Source: Minisyncoccota bacterium (GTDB lineage Bacteria; Patescibacteriota; Minisyncoccia; SW-4-49-11). From it: a stretch of DNA of 64,000 nucleotides. The stretch is from the NCBI GenBank assembly GCA_023264145.1, contig JALQTA010000001.1, forward strand, positions 15,465 to 79,464, written 5' to 3'. This document shows positions 1 through 10,472 of the stretch, piece after piece; within the stretch, counting starts at the first letter, position 1, and each line of letters begins with the position of its first letter. The position numbers were made by a program, and so were the translations under genes. The notes under the pieces were generated by a model. That model had not been told where the DNA came from. It saw only the letters and a program-made list of their open reading frames with translations, and did not search any database.

Positions 1-1079
1 CCGCAGCCTATCCCATGACACCAGCAACTCCTATTTTTGATCATTTAGCCAAACATGCAGATGATTATGGAATTATTGCAAAGCAAGCAGAAGATGAAAT
101 ATCAGCTATTTGTATGACGGTAGGAGCTTCATATGCTGGTGCAAGAGCATTGACTATGTCATCAGGAGGAGGCTTTTCTTTAATGGTAGAGGCTTTGGGG
201 TTATCCGGGATAACAGAAACTCCTTTGGTAGTCATTAATGCAATGAGAGGAGGTCCTAGTACCGGGCTTCCCACAAAGACAGAACAGTCAGATTTACGAT
301 TTGTTCTCCATGCTTCTCAGGGAGAATTTCCTCGAGTTGTCTTAGCTCCGGGAGATAGTGTTGAATTATATACTATGATTCAACATGCTTTTAATTTAGC
401 AGATCTGTATCAATTACCAGTAATTGTGTTAACTGATAAATATTTAGCTACTTCTCAAATGATGTTCCCACAAGATATAGATATTAATGCAATATCAGTA
501 GATAGGGGAATTGTAATTAAGAAGAAAGCAGATATCGGCTCTGATACATATGCTCGATATCTTTTTACTAAAGATGGAGTTTCTCCTCGGGCCTTTCCTG
601 GTACACGTGGGATTACCTTTCACTCTGGATCAGATGAACATAATGAATATGGTGAAATTAGTGAAGACCATATCAATCGTGTCAAAATGATGGATAAGAG
701 AATGAAAAAAGAACATAGTCTTTTACCTCATATTCCGAAACCAGAAGTATATGGAAACCCTTATGCAGAGCTTACTCTAATTAGTTGGGGTTCTACAAAA
801 TGGGCATGTATTGAAGCGGTAGAATTATTAGCGAAACAAGATATTACTGCTAATGTATTACACTTTTCATATATTTATCCATTTAATATTAAAAAAACGC
901 AACCATTACTTGACCGTATTCAAAAATCAGTAGTGGTAGAGAATAATGCTACGGGACAATTTGCTGGACTTTTGAAGCAATACTTTAATTTTGAGCCACA
1001 ACATGCATTGCTCAAATATGATGGACATCCATTTTATCCTCAAGAAATTAGTAAAATTATTCATAATACAATGTTTTAA
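1..1079 (+). CDS. korA: 2-oxoacid:ferredoxin oxidoreductase alpha subunit (5' partial, gene begins upstream of window)
   Basis: The ORF 15..1079 reading frame stays open to the window edge (AAYPMTP...). Motifs GASYAGARA and RGGPSTGLPT are typical of KorA/OorA/PorA-type alpha subunits. The expected N-terminal ~25 aa are missing. Confidence 0.7.
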   Translation, partial: AAYPMTPATPIFDHLAKHADDYGIIAKQAEDEISAICMTVGASYAGARALTMSSGGGFSLMVEALGLSGITETPLVVINAMRGGPSTGLPTKTEQSDLRFVLHASQGEFPRVVLAPGDSVELYTMIQHAFNLADLYQLPVIVLTDKYLATSQMMFPQDIDINAISVDRGIVIKKKADIGSDTYARYLFTKDGVSPRAFPGTRGITFHSGSDEHNEYGEISEDHINRVKMMDKRMKKEHSLLPHIPKPEVYGNPYAELTLISWGSTKWACIEAVELLAKQDITANVLHFSYIYPFNIKKTQPLLDRIQKSVVVENNATGQFAGLLKQYFNFEPQHALLKYDGHPFYPQEISKIIHNTMF

Positions 1080-1082
1080 GGT

Positions 1083-1952
1083 ATGAAAACAAAAAAAGAT
1101 TTATCATCTCATTATACACAATCTACTCCTAACTGGTGTCCAGGATGTGGTAATTATGGTATTTGGGTTTCTATTAAAAATGCTTTACAGGAACTAGCTA
1201 TTCCAGAACATAAAGTTGTATTAGTGGGGGATGTGGGATGTTCTGGAAAATTATCTTATTGGACTCACTATAATGGGTTTGCAGGATTACATGGAAGGTC
1301 TATTCCTATTGCCGAGGGGATTAAGATGGCTAATTCAGATTTGACGGTAATTGTAGTAGGAGGAGATGGTGGGCTTCTGGGTGAGGGCTTACAGCATTTT
1401 CTTCATGCATGTCGCCGTAATGTTAATATTGCAGTTATTCTTCATAATAATCAAGTATATGGCCTTACTACTGGGCAGACTTCTCCCACTTCTGATCCAG
1501 GATATATGAGCTCCACCACTCCAGATGGATCATATGAAACTCCCCTTAATCCTTCTTTATTAGCCCTTACCGCTCAAGCTACCTTTGTATCAGCTGGATT
1601 TGCAGGGAATACAACTCATTTAACGGAGATTATGAAAGCTGCTATTTTGCACCCTGGATTTGCCTTGGTAGATGCTTATCAGCCTTGTGTAACGTATAAT
1701 TATATTAATACCTATGAATTTTATTCTAAACGCGTATATGATGTAAGTACTACTCCGTATAAACCTAATAATCGATTACGTGCAATGAAGAAATCAATGG
1801 AAATAGAAGGGGGTAAAAAATTTCCTATTGGTATTTTATTTCAGGATACTGAAAAGCCATCATTACAATCACAAATTCAAAATCGAGTAAAACCTCTTGT
1901 TAAGCAACCAATTACCTCTATATCCGTAACATCCTTATTTGAACAAGATTAG
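1083..1952 (+). CDS. korB: 2-oxoacid:ferredoxin oxidoreductase beta subunit (TPP-binding)
   Basis: CPGCGN and GDGG(L)L TPP-binding motifs. It lies directly downstream of the alpha subunit with a 3-nt gap. Confidence 0.7.
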   Translation: MKTKKDLSSHYTQSTPNWCPGCGNYGIWVSIKNALQELAIPEHKVVLVGDVGCSGKLSYWTHYNGFAGLHGRSIPIAEGIKMANSDLTVIVVGGDGGLLGEGLQHFLHACRRNVNIAVILHNNQVYGLTTGQTSPTSDPGYMSSTTPDGSYETPLNPSLLALTAQATFVSAGFAGNTTHLTEIMKAAILHPGFALVDAYQPCVTYNYINTYEFYSKRVYDVSTTPYKPNNRLRAMKKSMEIEGGKKFPIGILFQDTEKPSLQSQIQNRVKPLVKQPITSISVTSLFEQD

Positions 1953-1955
1953 TAT

Positions 1956-2762
1956 ATGGCAATTAAGATAGGAACACTGTATGTTGATAATTTGACAAAA
2001 GAAGCGGTATTGTCTCGAGTAAATAAGGCAATAGATAATCAAAAAGTAGTACAGATAGTAACTCCTTACTCAGAATTTGTGGTAGAAGCAGAAAATAATG
2101 TTCAGTTTAGAGATGCTATTAACTCAAGTGAACTGAGATTACCTGATGGGATGGGAGTTATCTGGGCAGGAGCTTATTTAGCGCATAAGTGGGATAATAT
2201 CATTCAATCTTTTTGGGGAGTATTAAATTTAGATAGTAGGTTATATTCTGTATTTCCAGAAAAAATTAGTGGCTCGGACCTCATTTATGATGTTTTGGAT
2301 CTAGCTCATACAAAGAAGTTAAGAGTATATTTATTAGGTGGTGAAGGGGAAACTCCAGAGAAAGTGCAAGAGTATATCAAATCTCATTATCCTCGTATTC
2401 AGCTAAGTGGGAGTTATGCCGGGAAAGTTCCTGAATATGATGCTGATATATATGCTGAAGTTAAAGATAGTCACTCAGACATAGTATTAGTTGCGCTATC
2501 ATATCCTAAACAAGAAATTACTGCTTCCCATATGAAACAATATTTTAAGAAAAACGACCATAAGGGCGTTATTATGTGTATTGGTGGTACATTAGACTTC
2601 TTAGCGGGAGTGCAAAAACGGGCTCCTAAATGGATGAGAAGAATGGGGTTAGAGTGGTTATTTAGATTGATTCAACAACCCAGTCGTATTCATAGAATAT
2701 ATAAGGCTACCATTTCATTTGTACGGTTAATGTATCGATATCGTCATCATATTGACAAATAG
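1956..2762 (+). CDS. WecB/TagA/CpsF-family glycosyltransferase
   Basis: 268 aa. Family-like features include the LLGG..E and CIGG..DF..G regions. The call is by pattern recognition only. Confidence 0.5.
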   Translation: MAIKIGTLYVDNLTKEAVLSRVNKAIDNQKVVQIVTPYSEFVVEAENNVQFRDAINSSELRLPDGMGVIWAGAYLAHKWDNIIQSFWGVLNLDSRLYSVFPEKISGSDLIYDVLDLAHTKKLRVYLLGGEGETPEKVQEYIKSHYPRIQLSGSYAGKVPEYDADIYAEVKDSHSDIVLVALSYPKQEITASHMKQYFKKNDHKGVIMCIGGTLDFLAGVQKRAPKWMRRMGLEWLFRLIQQPSRIHRIYKATISFVRLMYRYRHHIDK

Positions 2763-2811
2763 AGGGGTAATACGGTATAATAATATAAATTAGGCTAATT
2801 ATATTTTTAGT

Positions 2812-2949
2812 ATGGCAGTACCAAAGAAACGACATAATCATAGTAGAACGGGGAAAAATCGTTCTCATCATGCTCTCAAAAATGTTGAGGCAAGAGTTCG
2901 AGGTGTATCTCATCGATTAAAAAAGTTTCTTGCAAAAACGAACGGCTAG
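2812..2949 (+). CDS. rpmF: 50S ribosomal protein L32
   Basis: 45-aa ORF MAVPKKRHNHSRTGKNRSHHALKNV... with a classic L32 N-terminus. It is below the 60-aa cutoff of the supplied ORF track and has an RBS-like purine run upstream. Confidence 0.6.
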   Translation: MAVPKKRHNHSRTGKNRSHHALKNVEARVRGVSHRLKKFLAKTNG

Positions 2950-2989
2950 ATAGTAGTAAAAATAGAGTCCCTAAATATCAAAAACATAT

Positions 2990-3424
2990 ATGGCAAATCG
3001 GCACTTTATGCGATCAGTAGCGATGCAAACCTTGTATCAAATTGATGTATCCGATCTTTGGGGAAAAGATACTCTCTGGGATATCATACAAGAGTCCATT
3101 GCTCGAATGGCAGAAAATATTGACGATACTTCCTATATTAAAGAAGTGATTAGTGGTATTATTCAACATCGGACTGAGATAGATAATTCTATCACTAAAT
3201 ATGCTACGGGTTGGGTTGTAGAAACTATTGCTCCCGTTGAGAGGAACATATTGCGTTTGGCTATTTATGAAATTGATTATTATGCGGATGAAGATATTCC
3301 TCCTAAAGTAGCTATTAATGAAGCTATTGAGCTTGCGAAAGCTTTTAGTGGGCCTGCTGCAGGGAAATTTGTAAATGGTATATTAGGCGGTTTATATAAG
3401 GATAAAGAGCAATCTAGTGTATGA
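2990..3424 (+). CDS. nusB: transcription antitermination factor NusB
   Basis: 144 aa. NusB-like helical protein (ARMAENID..., LAIYEI..., [10 protein letters not shown]). A 4-nt overlap with downstream rnc is the usual arrangement. Confidence 0.65.
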   Translation: MANRHFMRSVAMQTLYQIDVSDLWGKDTLWDIIQESIARMAENIDDTSYIKEVISGIIQHRTEIDNSITKYATGWVVETIAPVERNILRLAIYEIDYYADEDIPPKVAINEAIELAKAFSGPAAGKFVNGILGGLYKDKEQSSV

Positions 3425-4101
3425 GTAATTTAGCCACATTGGAAGAAGTTTTGGGATATACATTTCAGAACAAAGATTTATTAAAGCAAGCTTTGACACA
3501 TCGTTCTTATCTCAATGAAAATCCAGACTTTACCTTAGGACATAATGAAAGATTGGAGTTTTATGGAGATGCTATTCTTGAGGATATTGTAACGGGACAT
3601 TTATTCCATCATTATCAAGATAAAAATGAAGGTGAATTAACTAATTTAAGAGCGGCTTTGGTGCGAGGTGCTCATCTTGCTCAAGTTGCAGATAAGATTT
3701 CATTAGACCAATACATTAATATATCAAATGGAGAACGTAATGATCCGTCTGCAAAGGCTTATATTACTGCTAATGCTATTGAGGCCCTTATTGCGGCAAT
3801 GAGATTAGATGGGGGATATGAGGCAGCTCAGAGATTCATTGAGACATTTATTATTGTAGATTTGGATACTATTCTTGCTGAAAAATCTTTTATCGATGCA
3901 AAAAGTTTATTACAAGAGAAAGTGCAAGAAAAATATGGAATTACTCCTAAATATGAAGTTATTGCAGAACAGGGGCCTGATCATAATAAAACCTTTGAAG
4001 TTGCCGTATATGTAGGAGATGTAGAGTATGCTCGAGGAATGGGCTCCTCTAAACAAAAAGCTGAGCAAGATGCTGCGAAAAACTCATTACATAATATGTA
4101 A
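3421..4101 (+). CDS. rnc: ribonuclease III
   Basis: [12 protein letters not shown] RNase III signature and a C-terminal dsRBD-like region ([11 protein letters not shown]). Confidence 0.8.
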   Translation: MSNLATLEEVLGYTFQNKDLLKQALTHRSYLNENPDFTLGHNERLEFYGDAILEDIVTGHLFHHYQDKNEGELTNLRAALVRGAHLAQVADKISLDQYINISNGERNDPSAKAYITANAIEALIAAMRLDGGYEAAQRFIETFIIVDLDTILAEKSFIDAKSLLQEKVQEKYGITPKYEVIAEQGPDHNKTFEVAVYVGDVEYARGMGSSKQKAEQDAAKNSLHNM

Positions 4102-4104
4102 TAT

Positions 4105-4563
4105 ATGCATATAGGATATGATATTGATGGTGTTTTGACAAAACGTGATTATACTCACGTATCACGCTTTGGGGTAAGGGGTTTTGTTAAGGTTCTTCAA
4201 GCTTATTTTCCTCAAATAATTCGGAGATGGACATTGAATCAACCTTTGCAAGATGATATTGTTATTGCTCAGAAAATTTCCAAAAAGCACACCATATCTA
4301 TTATTACTGCTCGTCCTGCTTCTTTTCGTCGTTATACTGCTCAGTGGTTACATAATGTAGCACATATAGAATATGATCATTTATATTGTGTGGGATTAAA
4401 AGATGGATTTGCGGAGCGTAAGCTGAAAGTTGCTCAAGATTTAGGAATTGATGTATTATTAGATGATACCTTAGAAACAGTTACCTTGTTTTTGGAGAAT
4501 GGAATGAATGCGCATAAATTTGAAACCTGGAAAGAAGCAAAACACTATATTGAAACATTATGA
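4105..4563 (+). CDS. HAD-superfamily hydrolase (5'-nucleotidase-like)
   Basis: N-terminal DIDGVL (HAD motif I) and a DD motif near the C-terminus. Confidence 0.4.
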   Translation: MHIGYDIDGVLTKRDYTHVSRFGVRGFVKVLQAYFPQIIRRWTLNQPLQDDIVIAQKISKKHTISIITARPASFRRYTAQWLHNVAHIEYDHLYCVGLKDGFAERKLKVAQDLGIDVLLDDTLETVTLFLENGMNAHKFETWKEAKHYIETL

Positions 4564-5459
4564 CATTATGGGAAGGATTTTTATTAGGTTTGGTGCAAGG
4601 AGTTACTGAAGTACTTCCCATCTCAAGTACGGCTCATTTAATTTTGGCCCAACGTCTTTTGGGTTTAAATGATATTACGATTTCTTTTGATGTGATGATG
4701 AATTTTGGGAGTTTAATTGCGATTCTGATTTATTTTAGAGATATTTGGCTTGATTTGATTGTAGGGACATTAAATTATATTAAAATTACCATCAATGTAT
4801 GGCTTAAAAAATATCCTCAGCTAAAGAAATATGTTCCACGATTTAGATCTATGGAAACTGAATATTCACGTAATACTTCTTTTTACCAAGCTTCCAAACA
4901 GTCAGCCCAAACATTTCTCTTTTTAGGAATCGCTACCTTACCTGCTCTTATGGCGGGATATCTGTTGAAAGATTGGATTGAAAATAATGCCCGTACTCCT
5001 TTTGTGATTGCGATTGCTTTGATTATAGGGGGAATTCTATTGGGTATAGCAGATAGATGGGGGAAAAAGCATAAATCACTATCAGAACTTAGTCCTATTA
5101 ATGTTATTATTATTGGGTTTTCTCAAGTACTCTCATTAATTCCAGGATTTTCACGAACAGGGTCTACCATGATTGGAGGATTGTCAGTAGGTCTTAATCG
5201 TAAAGACAGTGCAGCATTTGCGTTCTTATTAGGAGCTCCTATTATCACCATTGCCACAATAGCATTATTGCCAGAATTTATTGCGGAATATAGTTATTCT
5301 CATGCAAATGCTCTCGCCTTTATTACCTCAGGAATTGTTACATATATTACCCTTCATATATTATATCGTATGGTACAAAAACAATCCTTTAATGTGTTTG
5401 TTGTATATCGTATCGTATTGGGAATCATATTATTAGCATTATATACATCTATACTATGA
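4560..5459 (+). CDS. uppP: undecaprenyl-diphosphatase (BacA/UppP)
   Basis: Polytopic membrane protein with SSTAHL and SRTGSTMIGG motifs typical of UppP. Confidence 0.75.
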   Translation: MTLWEGFLLGLVQGVTEVLPISSTAHLILAQRLLGLNDITISFDVMMNFGSLIAILIYFRDIWLDLIVGTLNYIKITINVWLKKYPQLKKYVPRFRSMETEYSRNTSFYQASKQSAQTFLFLGIATLPALMAGYLLKDWIENNARTPFVIAIALIIGGILLGIADRWGKKHKSLSELSPINVIIIGFSQVLSLIPGFSRTGSTMIGGLSVGLNRKDSAAFAFLLGAPIITIATIALLPEFIAEYSYSHANALAFITSGIVTYITLHILYRMVQKQSFNVFVVYRIVLGIILLALYTSIL

Positions 5460-6202
5460 AAAAAATCATCTGTAATTGGAAAATGAATCCAAATTCTCTA
5501 GATAAGGTTAATACTATTATCCAGGCTATTTTGAATTGTGGGATACCAGTAGGAAGATCTGAATTAATTATATTACCACCAACTCTTTATATATCAACAT
5601 TACAACAATATCAAAGTCAATTATTTGCATCTCTAGGGGTTCAAGATATATCTGATGCGTCTGAGGGAGCATATACTTCACAGATTTCAGCTGAAATGGT
5701 ATATAATTTGGGTTTGGAATATGCGCTTATTGGTCATTCCGAAACTCGTATGTATCAGCATTATTCGGCGAATATAATTGCTCAAAAATGTGCTCAAGCT
5801 TTACAGTATAATCTAATACCTATCATTTGTGTTGGGTATGAAGATAATCCTATAAAGGGAGAGGTAAATATTGATTTGATTAAGACAGAATTAACTTCAA
5901 TATTATCTATTGATCATAGCTTACTTCAAGATAAACATATCATTATTGCCTATGAGCCTATCTGGGCAATTGGTACCGGTATAGTTCCTAGTATAGAAAA
6001 TATTGAAACGGTAAGTATTTTAATTAAACGGTTATTCCAAGATACTATTCCCCATGAATATAATACAACGGTATCCGTGGTATATGGAGGAAGTGTGAAT
6101 AAAGATAATATTCAATCTTTGGAGACAATTCCATCTATAGATGGGTTTTTAATTGGAAGTGCATCATTAGATATTGAACAAATTCCTATTATACTAACAT
6201 AA
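5456..6202 (+). CDS. tpiA: triose-phosphate isomerase
   Basis: NWKMN N-terminus, IGHSE, AYEPIWAIGTG and YGGSV signatures. Confidence 0.8.
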   Translation: MKKIICNWKMNPNSLDKVNTIIQAILNCGIPVGRSELIILPPTLYISTLQQYQSQLFASLGVQDISDASEGAYTSQISAEMVYNLGLEYALIGHSETRMYQHYSANIIAQKCAQALQYNLIPIICVGYEDNPIKGEVNIDLIKTELTSILSIDHSLLQDKHIIIAYEPIWAIGTGIVPSIENIETVSILIKRLFQDTIPHEYNTTVSVVYGGSVNKDNIQSLETIPSIDGFLIGSASLDIEQIPIILT

Positions 6203-6260
6203 TATAATTGATACTTAGGTCATACTATGATATGCTACAAATATAGTAAATATATAGCAT

Positions 6261-6650
6261 ATGAAAATAGATATTATTACCCAAACTCAAGAAAATACTG
6301 ATTATCGTAAAGTTGTTGCTACAGGAGCAGATAGTCAATTAGTACTTATGTGTTTAAGCCCTGGTGAAGATATTGGGGAAGAGGTATATGGTGAAGTTGA
6401 TCAAATTACTATCGTAGTAGATGGTACTGGAAGATTAGAAATGCCGGGAGATAATGGACCTATTGAAGTAGGGGATTTAGTTTTTGCTCCAGCTGGGGTA
6501 AAGCATAATATTATTAATGATTCGGAAGGCGATTTAAAACTTTATACTATTTACGCTCCACCTGAACATGATCCAGGAGAAGTTCAAGCAACGCAAGGAG
6601 ATGAGCTTGAAGAAGAGGAAGTAGAGTTAACAGAAGATTTTGATGAATAA
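6261..6650 (+). CDS. cupin-domain protein with acidic C-terminal tail
   Basis: Small beta-barrel-like protein (VFAPAGVKHNIIN) ending DELEEEEVELTEDFDE. Confidence 0.35.
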   Translation: MKIDIITQTQENTDYRKVVATGADSQLVLMCLSPGEDIGEEVYGEVDQITIVVDGTGRLEMPGDNGPIEVGDLVFAPAGVKHNIINDSEGDLKLYTIYAPPEHDPGEVQATQGDELEEEEVELTEDFDE

Positions 6651-6653
6651 GAT

Positions 6654-7322
6654 ATGCGTATACTTATTGTTGAGGATGAGATAGATATCGCTGATACACT
6701 AAAATTATACCTTGAGAAGCAAGGGTATGCCGTTGATGTTAAGTATGATGGGAATACGGGATTCTCAGCATTAAAACTCAATCAATATGATTGTTGTATT
6801 CTGGATTTAAATTTACCCGGTAAAGATGGAATGGAAATTATTCAAGAAATTAGAGAAATGGGGAATACGGTTCCAACCATTATGTTAACCGCAAGATCTC
6901 AAATTTATGACAAATTAGATGGCTTTAAGTATGGAGCCGATGATTATATGACAAAACCTTTTCATTTGGCAGAAGTTGTCGCTCGTATTGAGGCAGTAAT
7001 ACGGAGATTTTCTGAAAATAAAAGTATACATTTACAGGTCGCTCAGTATGAAGTTCTTCCCCACCAAAATCGAGTTATGGAGAATGGAAAGAGTATTGAA
7101 CTATCGACTAAGGAGATGAGATTATTGGAGTATCTTATTCGAAATCAGAATCGTATTATATCAGCAGAAGAATTATTAGAACATGTATGGGATGATTCTG
7201 TTGATATGTTTTCTGATACGGTAAAGACTCATATTAAAACATTAAGAAAGAAAATAGACCCTCAAAAGCAGCTTATTAAAACAGTAAAAGGGAAGGGGTA
7301 TGGTATCTTTAGTGAGACATAA
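6654..7322 (+). CDS. OmpR-family response regulator
   Basis: Receiver domain (ILDLNLPGKDG, MLTAR) plus a C-terminal winged-helix (TVKGKGY). Confidence 0.75.
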   Translation: MRILIVEDEIDIADTLKLYLEKQGYAVDVKYDGNTGFSALKLNQYDCCILDLNLPGKDGMEIIQEIREMGNTVPTIMLTARSQIYDKLDGFKYGADDYMTKPFHLAEVVARIEAVIRRFSENKSIHLQVAQYEVLPHQNRVMENGKSIELSTKEMRLLEYLIRNQNRIISAEELLEHVWDDSVDMFSDTVKTHIKTLRKKIDPQKQLIKTVKGKGYGIFSET

Positions 7323-7690
7323 ATATATGATTTCTCTTTCACGTTCACTTCACACATAGGAGAGTATAGTATAAATAGAATCAGAGATGATTCAATAATA
7401 CTAACTAAAGAAATGAATATGAGATATCAGAAACAATTTGTTCAATCAAAAGCACGACTTATTGATTCAAAACATCGTTTGAATCTCACCCATCATATCT
7501 CTAGTATTGCTCATCATGATATGATTAAAAAAGATGGTATTGAAAGAGTCTTTAAAGGCAAACGTAGATAAGCTGTATATACACTAGACTAATCAATTGC
7601 ACCTTATTTATATGAATTACAATTAAATCTTCATTAATTCTATCTGGGAACAGATATTAGCATTCTATCAATATAGAATCTTAGTCCATG

Positions 7691-7723
7691 AGAAAAAGAG
7701 AAGATCATTACTTCTCTTTTTCT
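7691..7723 (+). promoter_or_regulatory. perfect 13-bp-stem hairpin (AGAAAAAGAGAAG-atcatta-CTTCTCTTTTTCT) immediately upstream of the sensor kinase promoter
   Basis: Inverted repeat read directly from the sequence. It is followed by TATGTTATAAT and the kinase start at 7743. Confidence 0.35.
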
Positions 7724-7742
7724 ATGTTATAATGCACATTAT

Positions 7743-8888
7743 ATGAGTCAATATTTTCACACATTGCAGTTTCGACTAACCTTGTATTATACAGGGCTAT
7801 TTGTGTTATTAAGTGTTATTTTATTAGTTACGGTGAATGTATTGGCTTTACGATATTATCAACAGACCGAATTAGGTCTTGATAGTCTATCTATATATGA
7901 TCAGCTTCTTTCAGAATCAGAACAAACATCTTTCCCTGCAGAAAAATTTATTTCTCTTATACGAGAGGTAAGAGATCAAGATTTATCAACCATTCGGCGT
8001 AGTTCATTCTTTATTTTTGCTATTTTAGTGGGATTATCTGTTGCAGGAGGAAATGCTATCTCATCTCAAATATTAAGCCCTATTAAAGATATTAATAGGC
8101 AAATAAAAGCTATTCAAGCAGAATCAATAGAAAAAATATCATATCCCCATTTGGATGAGGAGTTACAAGAATTAATTTCTTCTATTAATGAAATGCTATT
8201 GAGACTGGGGAAAAGTTTTCGTTCACAAAAAGAATTTATTGAATATGCTTCTCACGAATTAAAGACACCATTATCTGTGATGATGGCAAAGACAGATTTA
8301 CTTTTGGCTGATTCAGATATATCTTCCCCCCATCAAAAACTTATTTTGGAAGTACAGCATAAAATTGAATATTTAAATGATTTAATTAATGATTTGTCAT
8401 TATTATCTTTATCTAAGGAGCATTTACAATTTGAATCAGTAAGTATACAATCGATTATTCAGACGGTTATGAATAATACTCAAGCCAAAGCGAAAGCAAA
8501 ACATATTACGATTATATCAAAAGGGAAAAAACTTGATAAAATGATTTCATTAGTCCCTATATTGTTAACCCAAGCAGTTGAAAATATTGTTGAAAATGCA
8601 ATTCAATATTCCCCAGAAAAGAGTTCTATTGATATTGAAACCATCTTATACAATAAGTTTTTTACTATGCGAATATCGGACACAGGAGTAGGTATTCCTG
8701 AAAATGTGATTCATCGTATCTTTGATAAATTTTATCGAGTAGATTCATCGCGCTCTCGACATACCGGAGGAAGGGGGCTTGGTTTAGCGTTAACTAAGGC
8801 TATTATTGAACTTCATAACGGTACTATTCAAGTAAAATCTCAAGAGGGAAAGGGAACTCAATTCACTTTACATATTCCTATTGGATAA
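7743..8888 (+). CDS. sensor histidine kinase
   Basis: Two N-terminal TM segments, H-box ASHELKTPLS and ATP-binding G-boxes (DTGVGIP, GGRGLGLAL). Confidence 0.7.
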   Translation: MSQYFHTLQFRLTLYYTGLFVLLSVILLVTVNVLALRYYQQTELGLDSLSIYDQLLSESEQTSFPAEKFISLIREVRDQDLSTIRRSSFFIFAILVGLSVAGGNAISSQILSPIKDINRQIKAIQAESIEKISYPHLDEELQELISSINEMLLRLGKSFRSQKEFIEYASHELKTPLSVMMAKTDLLLADSDISSPHQKLILEVQHKIEYLNDLINDLSLLSLSKEHLQFESVSIQSIIQTVMNNTQAKAKAKHITIISKGKKLDKMISLVPILLTQAVENIVENAIQYSPEKSSIDIETILYNKFFTMRISDTGVGIPENVIHRIFDKFYRVDSSRSRHTGGRGLGLALTKAIIELHNGTIQVKSQEGKGTQFTLHIPIG

Positions 8889-8896
8889 CAAAATCG

Positions 8897-9712
8897 TTAT
8901 TTGGAAATTAAAGGTTTGATAATAAGAATACTGAAAAAGAGTATAGCATTGATACTGACAATGGTAGCTCCTGTTGGAATACCTCCTAAAAATGATACTA
9001 TAATGCCAAGAGTAATGCTAAATAGAGCAATAATAATAGCAATAATAAGGGTGCTTTGAAAGCTTTTAGAAATCTGTAAGCTAGAACTTGCTGGTAAAAT
9101 AAGTAAGGCTGATATAAGTAATGCTCCTGCTAATCTTATACTCATAATAACGGTAAGAGCAGTAATGATTGAAAATACAATATCAAGAAAAATCACCGGT
9201 AATCCACTAATTTTAGCTTCTTCTGGGTTAAAAGAAATTGCCATAAATTCTTGATAAAAGAGAATAATAATCGAGATAATACTAACGGAACCAATAATAG
9301 CAAAAATAAGCTCTTGTTGATTAATGGCAAGAATATTTCCAAATAAATAGCTAAAAATATCAATATTAAATCCTGTAGAAATACTCGATAAAATAACTCC
9401 TACAGATAATCCTAAGGCGGCTAGTATTCCAATAATAGCATCTCCCTCAAGAATTTTATTGCGCGTAAGAGAGTAAATAATGAGAGATGCAATAATTACA
9501 AGCGGAATAGCAATAATAAGAGGATATATTCCGAATACAATTCCTAATGCAATAGCTCCAAAACTAATATGAGCGAGCCCATCTCCAATTAAGGACATCT
9601 TTCTTAATACCAAAAAAACTCCTAATACAGCACATAATACGCCTAAAAATAGGCCTGCAATAATAGCGCGTTCTACAAATTGATATTGAAAAATTTCTAA
9701 AATATTATTCAT
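8897..9712 (-). CDS. metal (Zn/Mn) ABC transporter permease, ZnuB-like
   Basis: Polytopic membrane protein in an operon with the ATPase and binding protein. It overlaps the ATPase gene by 8 nt. Confidence 0.6.
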   Translation of the reverse strand: MNNILEIFQYQFVERAIIAGLFLGVLCAVLGVFLVLRKMSLIGDGLAHISFGAIALGIVFGIYPLIIAIPLVIIASLIIYSLTRNKILEGDAIIGILAALGLSVGVILSSISTGFNIDIFSYLFGNILAINQQELIFAIIGSVSIISIIILFYQEFMAISFNPEEAKISGLPVIFLDIVFSIITALTVIMSIRLAGALLISALLILPASSSLQISKSFQSTLIIAIIIALFSITLGIIVSFLGGIPTGATIVSINAILFFSILIIKPLISK

Positions 9713-10472
9713 GTTGATGACAAATCAGATGTTGAGAGTTCTTGCCGAAATAATTACTCATTTGATTAGATTCACAAAAGGTATTAAAGTTTCCCCAAAA
9801 TACTAATTTTTGATCAATAATCATGAGCTTTTCCGCATATGTACCAATATCATTCATATCATGAGTAATAAGAAGAATGGTGAGACCTTTTTGATGTAAG
9901 TCAGTGATAATTCTATAAAAGGTTCCCCGGACATCCAGATCTAATGCATTGGTGGGTTCGTCTAAAATAAGCATTTTAGGCTGTGATACTAAGGCTTTTG
10001 CGAGCCAAACGCGTTGTCTTTGTCCACCGGATAAATCATGGATAGACATTTTAGCTAAATGATCGATTTCTAAAGAAGCAAGAGTTTCTTGTACTTGCTG
10101 TATATGAGTATTGGAAAGTATACGAGGCCAATTGAGAGTTGAGATAAGTCCTAGGGATACAATTTCTTCTACTGTAGCGGGAAATTGAAGTGAATAATGC
10201 GTAGATGATTGAGGTACATATCCGATATAATTCCAATTCTTAAAATGTTGAATAGGTTGATTCCATAAGGTAATGGTTCCCGTATATGGATTTAAATTCA
10301 ATAATGTACGGATTAAGGTAGATTTCCCTGCGCCATTGGGACCTGCTATTCCAATAAATTCTCCTTGATAAATATCAAAGCTGATATCAGATAAAATGAT
10401 ATTATGTCCCAGTTCAACAGATATATTTGTAGCAGTAATAATCGGTATACTCATATCTATTGAGTATATCAT
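9705..10472 (-). CDS. metal ABC transporter ATP-binding protein, ZnuC-like
   Basis: Walker A GPNGAGKST, ABC signature LSGGQRQR and Walker B ILDEP. Confidence 0.7.
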   Translation of the reverse strand: MIYSIDMSIPIITATNISVELGHNIILSDISFDIYQGEFIGIAGPNGAGKSTLIRTLLNLNPYTGTITLWNQPIQHFKNWNYIGYVPQSSTHYSLQFPATVEEIVSLGLISTLNWPRILSNTHIQQVQETLASLEIDHLAKMSIHDLSGGQRQRVWLAKALVSQPKMLILDEPTNALDLDVRGTFYRIITDLHQKGLTILLITHDMNDIGTYAEKLMIIDQKLVFWGNFNTFCESNQMSNYFGKNSQHLICHQHE

